Source: Kangiellaceae bacterium
Lineage (GTDB): Bacteria > Pseudomonadota > Gammaproteobacteria > Enterobacterales > Kangiellaceae
Assembly: GCA_016743995.1 (NCBI GenBank)
Contig: JADGFG010000017.1
Coordinates: 1-32,000 of the forward strand
Reading direction: 5' to 3'
DNA length: 32,000 nucleotides
Shown: positions 8,318-21,786 of the stretch, piece after piece
Numbering within the stretch: the stretch's first letter is position 1
How the letters are laid out: each line of letters starts with the position of its first letter
Notes under the pieces: model-generated
The model's input: the letters and a program-made list of their open reading frames with translations, nothing else
The model's database searches: none
What the model was told of the DNA's origin: nothing
Translations under genes and position numbers: made by a program

Positions 8318-9883
8318 TTACCACCAGGTTGCATACAACGCAATTAAAATACAGGTAACAGCTAGCGCAGCAAATTTATAACTTGTTGTTGTAGAAAAAT
8401 CTATATCGTCCAGGTGTACAGCTTTCGCTTCATTATTTTCCGGGTCAAAATGAGAAACCAGTAAAGCAAGAAAGGTACAGGCAAGAAAAACAATACCCAC
8501 ACGATCAATAAATGGAACCTCCGGAACGGCAAATTTTAATGCCAGAGAAATCAGGAACGAACCAATTGCAGAAGCCAATGCAGCTCTGGCTGTTGTTTTC
8601 TTCCAGAACATTCCTAACAAAAACAGGACCACTATTCCTGGTGTGAAAAATCCGGTAAACTCCTGTATGTACTGAAATGCCTGATCCAGATTTCCCAGCA
8701 AAGGTCTGGCACAAAGAGCAGCCAGTATCATCGCTCCAAAACTGACCAGGCGGCCGACAAATACCAGATCCTTTCCAGAATCAATTTTTTTGTAATGAGA
8801 ATAAATATCCATCGTAAAAATTGTTGAAATACTATTTGCCATAGAACCCAGCGAAGAAACAATCGCCGCCACCAGCGCGGCAAAGACTAATCCCTTGATA
8901 CCAACAGGCATCAAATTCATTAACTCAGGGTAAGCTTTGTCAGCAGGTTCTAAAGAAGGCATCAATACAAACGCTGCTATACCAGGAAGCACAACAATAA
9001 CAGGCATCAATAATTTTAAAAATGAGGCAAACACAATTCCTTTTTGCGCCTCAGCAAGACTTTTTGCAGCGAGTGCTCTTTGAATAATATACTGATTAAA
9101 GCCCCAGTAAGATAAATTCATTATCCACATTCCACCAACAAGCACTGACAATCCCGGCAAGCTCATGTAGTGCTTGTTATCCTCGGATAAAATCATATCA
9201 AATTTCTCTGGCGCCTGATTAACCAATTGTTTAAAACCAGCTAACACTCCCTGACCATCAGCAACCATGTTCAATGAAACATAAGATAAAAACAATCCAC
9301 CCGACACCAGAATAACGACCTGAATGATGTCAGTAAAAGCGATCGCCTTTAAACCACCGTATAAAGAATAGACCAGAGAAAAAACAGCAAGAAAAACCAA
9401 TGCATAATTGAGATCTAATCCAGTGACCGTATTAATTGCCAGAGCACCCAACCATAAAATCGACGTTAAATTAACAAAAACATAAACGCCTAACCAGAAA
9501 ATTGCCAGTGTCACTCTTACATTAAAATCATAACGCTGTTCGAGAAACTGAGGCATCGTAAATATCTTTCGCTTCAAAAAGATAGGTAAAAAATACTTAC
9601 CAACAATAATTAAAGTAATTGCTGCCATCCATTCGTAAGAAGCGATTGCCAATCCGATAGCATACCCAGAGCCAGACATACCAATAATCTGCTCAGCAGA
9701 AATATTAGCTGCGATTAACGATGCACCAATTGCCCACCATGGAAGACTGTTACTTGCCATAAAGTAATCACTGGCATTTTTCTGATGACCCGCTTTTTCA
9801 CGAGAAACCATAAAAGCAATAATGATTAAAATAAAAATGTAACTGGCAAAAATCGTTAAATCGAGAGATGATAGTTGTTGCAT
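8318..9883 (-). CDS. Sodium:solute symporter family (SSF/SGLT-type) sugar transporter
   Basis: Polytopic membrane protein with SGLT-like blocks (WWAIGASLIAANISAEQIIGMSG, GGLKAIAFTDIIQ). The track ORF extends to 10051. I call the start at the ATG 9883 (MQQLSS...), which has GGGAA upstream. The 56-aa extension is non-hydrophobic and would leave only 22 nt for two divergent promoters. Confidence 0.85.
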   Translation of the reverse strand: MQQLSSLDLTIFASYIFILIIIAFMVSREKAGHQKNASDYFMASNSLPWWAIGASLIAANISAEQIIGMSGSGYAIGLAIASYEWMAAITLIIVGKYFLPIFLKRKIFTMPQFLEQRYDFNVRVTLAIFWLGVYVFVNLTSILWLGALAINTVTGLDLNYALVFLAVFSLVYSLYGGLKAIAFTDIIQVVILVSGGLFLSYVSLNMVADGQGVLAGFKQLVNQAPEKFDMILSEDNKHYMSLPGLSVLVGGMWIMNLSYWGFNQYIIQRALAAKSLAEAQKGIVFASFLKLLMPVIVVLPGIAAFVLMPSLEPADKAYPELMNLMPVGIKGLVFAALVAAIVSSLGSMANSISTIFTMDIYSHYKKIDSGKDLVFVGRLVSFGAMILAALCARPLLGNLDQAFQYIQEFTGFFTPGIVVLFLLGMFWKKTTARAALASAIGSFLISLALKFAVPEVPFIDRVGIVFLACTFLALLVSHFDPENNEAKAVHLDDIDFSTTTSYKFAALAVTCILIALYATWW

Positions 9884-10014
9884 TCGGTTTCCCATCACAA
9901 TTTTAATGTTAAAAAGTTGGTTAATATCCTTCAAGCTAAGTTCATCCAATGAATTCAGCATTCGTTTTATCGACATAACTTTGTCAACATATTGTAATCG
10001 GCGTAATAAATCAG

Positions 10015-10043
10015 TTGAAGTTATGTCATTAATTTGTATTATA
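10015..10043 (+). promoter_or_regulatory. Candidate sigma70-type promoter for the beta-galactosidase gene
   Basis: TTGAAG (10015-10020), a 17-nt spacer, then ATTATA (10038-10043), about 30 nt upstream of the ATG at 10074. A GAGAG Shine-Dalgarno-like element lies in between. This is pattern match only. Confidence 0.25.
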
Positions 10044-10070
10044 AATAGCATAATACCTAACGAGAGCTAA

Positions 10071-13235
<3,165 letters not shown>

Positions 13236-13414
13236 GATTTGAGACTCTCTCAACTAAAGCGGTCATCAATGAACAGGAGTACTCATTCTGTTTGTTGATG
13301 GCAAACTATCTTAATCAATAAAAACGCTATGATTTCCGATTCTTTTTCATCAGTAAATGAAACTCACACATTAGCTGTAGGATTCCTTTCAATAATTTTC
13401 AATAAACGACAGGC

Positions 13415-13446
13415 AAAAAAAAGAGTGGTACAGATAGCTGCACCAC
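13415..13446 (-). terminator. Candidate rho-independent terminator downstream of the TonB-dependent receptor gene
   Basis: Minus-strand reading: GTGGTGCA-loop(6)-TGTACCAC (7 of 8 paired), followed by TC and T8 (the A-run at 13415-13422 on the plus strand). It lies 53 nt after the stop at 13499. Confidence 0.5.
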
Positions 13447-13498
13447 CCAAAGCTCACATTCTTAAAAAGATTGCGTATTTATTTTATAATTATGGTCG

Positions 13499-16219
13499 TT
13501 AGAACGACGCTCTAAAGCCTAATGCATATCGAGGTCCGGTTTCGATAACATCCAGTATATGGTTATCAAAAGTACCACGTTTAATAGTCGTCTCGTTCGT
13601 TACATTCAAGCCTTCAAAAAATACGGTGAAGTTATCATTAATATCATAACTTCCGCTAATATCTAACTGATAGTAATCATCAACCCAGACAGGCTCTCCG
13701 CTATAATAGTTTTCAGTTGACTGAACAAACTTGTCACGGTTGTTATAAGCAACACGGAACTGATAACTTTCCTGCTCATAAAACACGATAAGGTTTTGTG
13801 AATCGCCCAGACCAACAAGTGGTAACGGCTTTCCAGAATTAATCGTAGAAGACTCACTATCCACAAAAGTCATATTTGCAATAAAACCTAAACCGTTAAA
13901 CGGTTCTGGCAGACTATTGAAAACATGCTGAACCGCCAGTTCATAACCATCAATTTGAGCATCATCAGTATTTTTTGGACGAGTCATCGTATAATTATAT
14001 TGACCACTAGGCACTGTCAGTACTTCGTTATACAAACCATCATCAATAAAGTTATCAATATCTTTAGTAAATCCGCCAACTGCTGCATAACTGCCTTCGT
14101 CATAATACCATTCCAGAATCAAATCAAAATTGGTTGATTCATAAGGTTTCAGTTGTGGGTTTCCACCACTGCCTTTTAAGTCATCAACTTTTCCACCGCC
14201 ATAACTGGTTACCGGTGACATTTTCGACAAATCTGAACGAGTAATACTTTCAGAGTAGGCAAACCGCATCACTAACTCATCAGTAAACTCAATATTGGCG
14301 TTAATACTCGGCAAAACATCAGAGTAATCATAAGTCACTTCAACCGGAGAATAGGTATCCGAGGTTACCACTCTCACTTCATTGTTCGGTGCCGAGGTGA
14401 TATTGGTTACATACTGCTGTTGTCCACTGGAAAGATTTTCAGTTTCTACATATCGAACACCAGCAGTAACAGACCATGGCATTAAGCCCAGCTCACCTTC
14501 CAGTTGAAAATCAACATAAAAAGACTGTGTTTGTTCATTGATTTCATAAGCACTGTTATCTCTATGCGCGGAATAACCATTATGTTGCGCCAACAGAGCT
14601 CGCGCTGCGGCTGGATCAGCCAACTGATTGATTGCCGTATCACTTAACAGATAACTAAATAACTCTTCTGAGTTAAAAGCGAGCCACTGTTGTGCAGGGT
14701 TGCCGTGGGCTGCAGACAGGAATCCATCAGCATCATAGGTAGAAAACAGGCTCTGAGGTAAGTTGACATGATTCGGTTTATTATTACCGTACAGAACAGC
14801 AATATCACTTTCAGTCGAATAAGAAGTTTTTCCCAATGTTCGATCAGAATACATGGTACCAAATCCTATTTTGGCCAGTACACCACTATCAAACTTAAAC
14901 TCTCCATCCAGCTTAACTTCCAGAATTTCATCATTGATATCATCACCACCGCGAGCAGCCCACCCGGCATAAACACTATCCATATTGATACTGGTAGGAA
15001 AAGTCAACGCTGGCAGCAATTCACCGGCGGTGTTATCGAGGGTATATTCGTGCTGATAAGAGGCAACGGTATCAGTCACTTTACCGCCGTTCTCAGACTC
15101 TGCTTCTGAGTAGGCGATATCACCAAACAAGCTCAAGCTATCAGTCGCATCCCAGCTCACATTAAAACCATAAGCCTGAGTTTCTGTTGGCCGGTTTGAT
15201 ATTCGATTTAAAAAGTCAGTTTTACTATCTGCGCCTGCAGAAGTAAAACTGGTTACCGTTCTGTTGGCATCAATCGTAGCGTCGGTAATCGCGCCTGGTT
15301 CTATCCAGTGTGCAAGTACATTTTGTGTGTAATCAACTTCATACTTTGAATATAGTGCATCAACGGTCATAGTGACTTCTTCAACCGGCTGATACTGGAA
15401 TGAAACAGTTCCACCGGTACGCTTACGCGATTCTTCATGAGCGATCTGGTCATAGTTACGTGGTGGTTTAACATTCTCTAGCGTACTACCGTTCGCTAAA
15501 TTCAGAGTTTTACCCTGACGATAACCAGCAACCTCAGCATGATCATATTGACTTTCACGTTCACTATAGGCAATTGAAACCAGTGCACCCATTTTATTAT
15601 CTGCGAAAGTATTGCTAAGCAATCCGGAAAATTGCGGTTTAGTACTACCGGTCATGTGATCATAAAACGCTTTTGCACTACCGACTGCTTTAAAACCATT
15701 AATATCAAGTGGTCGCAAAGTAGTTACATTGATTGTTGCACCAATAGCACCTTCCGTTAAATTGGCTTTTTGAGTCTTATGAACTTCCGCGCCACTGATT
15801 AACTCAGAAGCTAGCGTGTCAAAGCTAAATGCTCGGCCACCACTAATTGTCGCCATGGTGCGACCATTCACTAATACTGAATTAAATTCTGGTCCTAATC
15901 CTCTGACAGAAACCAGTTGTCCTTCACCACCATTTCGATCAATGGCAACACCAGTGATACGTTGCAATGACTCAGCAACATTTTGGTCGGGGAATTTACC
16001 AATATCTTCAGACGAGATAGCATCAACAATGTTATCTGCATCTCTTTTCATATCCATTGAGCGTATTAAACTACCACGGATACCTGTAATCACAATTCGA
16101 GCTTCTTCATCTTCGTTGATATTCTGTTGTTTTGTATCTGCTGCAACAACTGAATTAACGACGCCCAGGTTGAGTAAGATTAGTGAAGATAAATAACCTA
16201 ACCTGAATTTGTTTACCAT
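13499..16219 (-). CDS. TonB-dependent outer-membrane receptor (probable oligosaccharide/galactoside importer)
   Basis: 906 aa. Signal peptide: MVNKFRLGYLSSLILLNLGVVNSVVAAD. Plug-like N-terminal region: IVITGIRGSL...VDAISSEDIGKFPDQNVAESLQRITGV. A long beta-barrel region follows, and the protein ends in the terminal aromatic motif ...GFRASF. GGAG lies upstream of the ATG. Confidence 0.9.
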   Translation of the reverse strand: MVNKFRLGYLSSLILLNLGVVNSVVAADTKQQNINEDEEARIVITGIRGSLIRSMDMKRDADNIVDAISSEDIGKFPDQNVAESLQRITGVAIDRNGGEGQLVSVRGLGPEFNSVLVNGRTMATISGGRAFSFDTLASELISGAEVHKTQKANLTEGAIGATINVTTLRPLDINGFKAVGSAKAFYDHMTGSTKPQFSGLLSNTFADNKMGALVSIAYSERESQYDHAEVAGYRQGKTLNLANGSTLENVKPPRNYDQIAHEESRKRTGGTVSFQYQPVEEVTMTVDALYSKYEVDYTQNVLAHWIEPGAITDATIDANRTVTSFTSAGADSKTDFLNRISNRPTETQAYGFNVSWDATDSLSLFGDIAYSEAESENGGKVTDTVASYQHEYTLDNTAGELLPALTFPTSINMDSVYAGWAARGGDDINDEILEVKLDGEFKFDSGVLAKIGFGTMYSDRTLGKTSYSTESDIAVLYGNNKPNHVNLPQSLFSTYDADGFLSAAHGNPAQQWLAFNSEELFSYLLSDTAINQLADPAAARALLAQHNGYSAHRDNSAYEINEQTQSFYVDFQLEGELGLMPWSVTAGVRYVETENLSSGQQQYVTNITSAPNNEVRVVTSDTYSPVEVTYDYSDVLPSINANIEFTDELVMRFAYSESITRSDLSKMSPVTSYGGGKVDDLKGSGGNPQLKPYESTNFDLILEWYYDEGSYAAVGGFTKDIDNFIDDGLYNEVLTVPSGQYNYTMTRPKNTDDAQIDGYELAVQHVFNSLPEPFNGLGFIANMTFVDSESSTINSGKPLPLVGLGDSQNLIVFYEQESYQFRVAYNNRDKFVQSTENYYSGEPVWVDDYYQLDISGSYDINDNFTVFFEGLNVTNETTIKRGTFDNHILDVIETGPRYALGFRASF

Positions 16220-16549
16220 AATATGTAATCTCCAAGGGATATTTCATTTATTATTTGATTAAAATTTTACCTAAAATGACTTTTAGATGTAAGCGGCGCC
16301 ATTTATACTATATATTATTAAAAAAACGCAGAAAAAATAATACAAATGCTTATACATGTGACGACGTTCATAATATTGTACAACAATAAAGTTATCGCGT
16401 AATCAATAACATAGGTTATAAAAACCCATTTACTAATCGCGTTATTGAGATAATGGGTGAAATTGGCATTATTTCTAAAAATTTTAGCCTGATTTTTAAC
16501 AAATCAGTTCTTAAACAAAAACAAACCAGTTAAATAGTATTTATATTAA

Positions 16550-19093
<2,544 letters not shown>

Positions 19094-19150
19094 AGGCAAC
19101 AAAATTAAAGCTTTTGCTTTTCTCCGATTATGACAACAACCAGTCATTTT

Positions 19151-19690
19151 CTAAAAGGTAGCTACGCTAACTCGACCAAACGGTAACGTTAGCGTACTGC
19201 CTTTTCTACAATAAGTCGATTCTGGATGCTTTTTCTGCATTAATTTAATCACCAGGCTTGCCTGACTGGCAGAAACATCCACCATAATCAGGAAATAACC
19301 TTGCTCTATTTTTTCGTGAAAAGGTTTTAATTGATAATTCTCGTTCTGATATCCCAGCAAACTGCCATGCCATCCGCCGACAATCACACCAAAAACCAAT
19401 ACGCCCAATAATAAGCTAAAAGAAGGTGTACTCCCATGAATGGGGATCTGAGACAACACTAATGCTGTCGCCAATCCTCCCACAATACCTTTCAGTACAC
19501 CACGCTCAGCACTATGAATAAAATCAGTTTTCTGCAGCAAATTAGCCAAATGAATATGTCGTTTGTAGAGTCCTTTTTCATGCTTACTAAGAACATGAAA
19601 ATTCCAGTCAGTTATTCCTGCATCATGTAAATCATTAGAAATAGAATCAGCACTTTCTATCTGTTGCGTTAAAAAATAAAGTCGTTTCAT
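19151..19690 (-). CDS. Hypothetical small membrane protein (two glycine-zipper-like TM helices between soluble N- and C-terminal segments)
   Basis: 179-aa ORF. Hydrophobic segments are GIVGGLATALVLSQIPI and LLLGVLVFGVIVGGWHGSLLGY. I recognise no catalytic motif. It has the same orientation as the upstream cluster but is separated from it by 249 nt. Confidence 0.55.
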   Translation of the reverse strand: MKRLYFLTQQIESADSISNDLHDAGITDWNFHVLSKHEKGLYKRHIHLANLLQKTDFIHSAERGVLKGIVGGLATALVLSQIPIHGSTPSFSLLLGVLVFGVIVGGWHGSLLGYQNENYQLKPFHEKIEQGYFLIMVDVSASQASLVIKLMQKKHPESTYCRKGSTLTLPFGRVSVATF

Positions 19691-19939
19691 TTTTACAACT
19701 CCCGCTATTCAAGCTAGCCTTACGTAACACCTGACTACTAATCTACGCTCTTTACAGGCATGCACCAATAGTTAAACGGAAGAACCAATGTTTAATCAAA
19801 GAATGGTTTAAATGACTTGTTGAATAGACTCGGTCATTATAAAAAGACTGAAGTCCATCCTGCCGAAATTCTACTATTCAACGATAGCTTAGCTGAAAAT
19901 AGAGAGTCAGAACTCCGTTAACGCTTCATAAGTTGTTTT

Positions 19940-20968
19940 TCAGGGAATCAGTAAATCAATTTTCTTTTTTCTGCCTTTGCGCCAGATAACAAGATGTAGA
20001 CGATCACCTGACTTAAGGCTCTTAATCGATTTCATCAACCTGTTCAGTGAACTTTTGCTATCAAAACGATTACCATCAATGCTCAGAATAATATCACCAC
20101 CAAGTATAAAGGGCTCATCCTCGATCATGGCGTGAATCGTTCCACCTTGTAAGCCAGCCTTAAATGCAAGCGAGCCAGAAGCCACCTTTTGTATCAGCGC
20201 TCCAGTATCCTGGGGTAGTTGAAATGCATCTGCCAACTCTGGTCCCATGGCAGATACCACCATCCCGGACCAGAAATGGCCACGACTTAATAAAAGCTCT
20301 TTTACCGTTTCACTAGTTACGGTAAAACCCAATCCTTCTGAGCCCCCGGAATGAGATTGAATATGCGACGCAATTCCAATAATTTCTCCAGCCATATTAA
20401 ATAGCGGACCACCCGAGTTTCCCGGATTAATTGCCGCATCAGTTTGAAAAAACTCTGCCATCGGTGCGGCGGGCCTTGAACCTACGGGATGTTTTCCGCT
20501 AATGTAACCAACAGTCAGAGTTTTAATCAAGCCTTGTGGTGCGCCTATCACAAAGACTTTCTCTCCAATCTGTACTTTGTTCGAATCTCCTAATTGAGCG
20601 GGCTTAACATTTTCGGGTAAAGCATCCACTTGAATCATCGCCAGATCGCCCCAGATAATTGATGATAAAACCTTCGCTTTTTTAAACTCACCGGTTTCAA
20701 ATTCCACCTGTAACGCATCTACGGTGTGAACAACATGAGAAGCGGTAATAATGATGCCATCATTGGAAATAATAACACCAGAGCCTAAACCATTTGGAGT
20801 GGTAACAACACGAGTAGTATTACCCATCACTTCATTTTCAAAGGTGTGTAAAGTAACCACACTTGGTAGCAATTTTTTATAAAGCGCAGGTAACGGGTTA
20901 TTTTCAAAAGCCTGGGTTAAAGAATGGTAAAATAGTCCGATAATCAGCAGGCCAATTTTTGTGTTCAT
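19940..20968 (-). CDS. Periplasmic S1C (HtrA/DegS-like) serine protease with a single C-terminal PDZ domain
   Basis: 342 aa. Signal peptide: MNTKIGLLIIGLFYHSLTQA. Catalytic triad context: ITASHVV (His), GDLAMIQV (Asp), GNSGGPLFN (Ser codon 20414-20416). The C-terminal PDZ-like region is ALIQKVASGSLAFKAGLQGG...GDIILSIDG. Confidence 0.88.
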   Translation of the reverse strand: MNTKIGLLIIGLFYHSLTQAFENNPLPALYKKLLPSVVTLHTFENEVMGNTTRVVTTPNGLGSGVIISNDGIIITASHVVHTVDALQVEFETGEFKKAKVLSSIIWGDLAMIQVDALPENVKPAQLGDSNKVQIGEKVFVIGAPQGLIKTLTVGYISGKHPVGSRPAAPMAEFFQTDAAINPGNSGGPLFNMAGEIIGIASHIQSHSGGSEGLGFTVTSETVKELLLSRGHFWSGMVVSAMGPELADAFQLPQDTGALIQKVASGSLAFKAGLQGGTIHAMIEDEPFILGGDIILSIDGNRFDSKSSLNRLMKSIKSLKSGDRLHLVIWRKGRKKKIDLLIP

Positions 20969-21025
20969 AGTTTTCTCTTGTTGTTTATTATTGTCTGTTC
21001 TTGTCGTTATAAATGATATCCGTTT

Positions 21026-21475
21026 TCAGGCTTTGTCTTTAGCCAGGATCTCTTTCTCATCGGTTAGTGCTGATACCGGCTTGTCGTAAAATATTGATAG
21101 AGAAATAATAATAAACATTGCCAGATGAACCGCATTAATGCCGTATTTTTGTGTGGTGATCGCATTTGACTCATACAAATTTACTATATGACTAATCACA
21201 TGATTTCCATTACAGCAACTCTCATTTTTTATTGCATCTATCTGATGATAAATGCTCCATAAAAACTGAGCCTGACTTTGCATCATTAAATTATTAATTG
21301 CCGCAAATCCACAATAGATAACAATGGCGACAATTTTCTCTTTTCTTGTCAAAGGCCGGTCTACGTAAATGATACCACCAATAAGTGCCAGATGTACGGT
21401 AATAAATAACGACCAGTGGGTATCCAGACGATTACTCAGCGATAATGCAAGATCCAGTAGTTCATAAGGTGTCAT
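21026..21475 (-). CDS. Hypothetical integral membrane protein (about 3 TM helices)
   Basis: 149-aa ORF with hydrophobic segments (LFITVHLALIGGIIYV, IVAIVIYCGFAAINNLMM, AVHLAMFIIISLSIF). I recognise no family. It starts 24 nt downstream of the preceding gene and ends 57 nt upstream of the protease gene. Confidence 0.55.
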   Translation of the reverse strand: MTPYELLDLALSLSNRLDTHWSLFITVHLALIGGIIYVDRPLTRKEKIVAIVIYCGFAAINNLMMQSQAQFLWSIYHQIDAIKNESCCNGNHVISHIVNLYESNAITTQKYGINAVHLAMFIIISLSIFYDKPVSALTDEKEILAKDKA

Positions 21476-21499
21476 CAGCAGACTCCAGATTTAGTCAAT

Positions 21500-21778
21500 C
21501 TATGTTATATGCTTATCAACTGCACTTTCCAATTCAGTTTGAATTTGCGTTTTTAATACTCGGTACATCAGTCCCAGTTTTACCGTAAGTTGAAACTCAT
21601 TTTCAGTGACACAGATCGTTCCGTTCGCCCCTTTTTTTTGAAAACCTAACTGTCTCTCAGACTCCCATTCATAACGAACACCCAGTTTATCTTTTAGTTT
21701 GACGGCTATATGCTCAATTCTATTTCTAATTTCATCAATTGATAAATGATGCGTTCTTTCTATTTTAATCATAGACAT
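21500..21778 (-). CDS. Small PHA_gran_rgn-like protein (family annotated as 'putative polyhydroxyalkanoic acid system protein')
   Basis: 92 aa. The pattern I.IER.H.L..DE.R..IE.IA.KL....GV.Y.W......F.K.GA.G...V.......V.LG.M........I..E.E.A..K matches my memory of this roughly 90-aa family. It starts 8 nt after the giant ATPase stop. Confidence 0.6.
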   Translation of the reverse strand: MSMIKIERTHHLSIDEIRNRIEHIAVKLKDKLGVRYEWESERQLGFQKKGANGTICVTENEFQLTVKLGLMYRVLKTQIQTELESAVDKHIT

Positions 21779-21786
21779 AAGTGTTA

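Noticed and set aside
9884-10051. 56-aa N-terminal extension of the symporter ORF (track start 10051)
   Set aside because: The extension is hydrophilic and unlike SSF N-termini, and it has no SD. It would also leave only 22 nt between two divergently transcribed genes. The ATG at 9883 with GGGAA upstream fits better, and 9884-10073 is then a normal divergent control region.
13264-13300. Imperfect hairpin catcaatgaacag / ctgtttgttgatg just after the beta-galactosidase stop
   Set aside because: The 13-nt arms have two central mismatches and no adjacent T/A run on either strand. This is too weak to call a terminator with confidence.
13925-16196. Several plus-strand ORFs (13925-14137, 14768-15109, 15816-16196) inside the TonB-dependent receptor gene
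   Set aside because: They are antisense to a 906-aa ORF with signal peptide, plug and terminal-Phe features. They have no independent support.
16394-16448. Short repeated motifs in the TBDR/ygjK divergent region: ATCGCGTAAT (16394-16403) and ATCGCGTTAT (16436-16445), plus TCAATAAC (16403-16410) inverted as GTTATTGA (16441-16448)
   Set aside because: At 8-10 bp with mismatches, in a 360-nt AT-rich intergenic region, these are compatible with chance. They match no operator consensus that I can name with confidence. They are worth a look only if conserved in orthologous loci.
21500-21778. Interpreting the region as a polyhydroxyalkanoate locus because of the PHA_gran_rgn-like gene
   Set aside because: I recognise no PHA synthase, phasin, ketothiolase, reductase or depolymerase gene in the 32 kb. 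The family name is association-based only.
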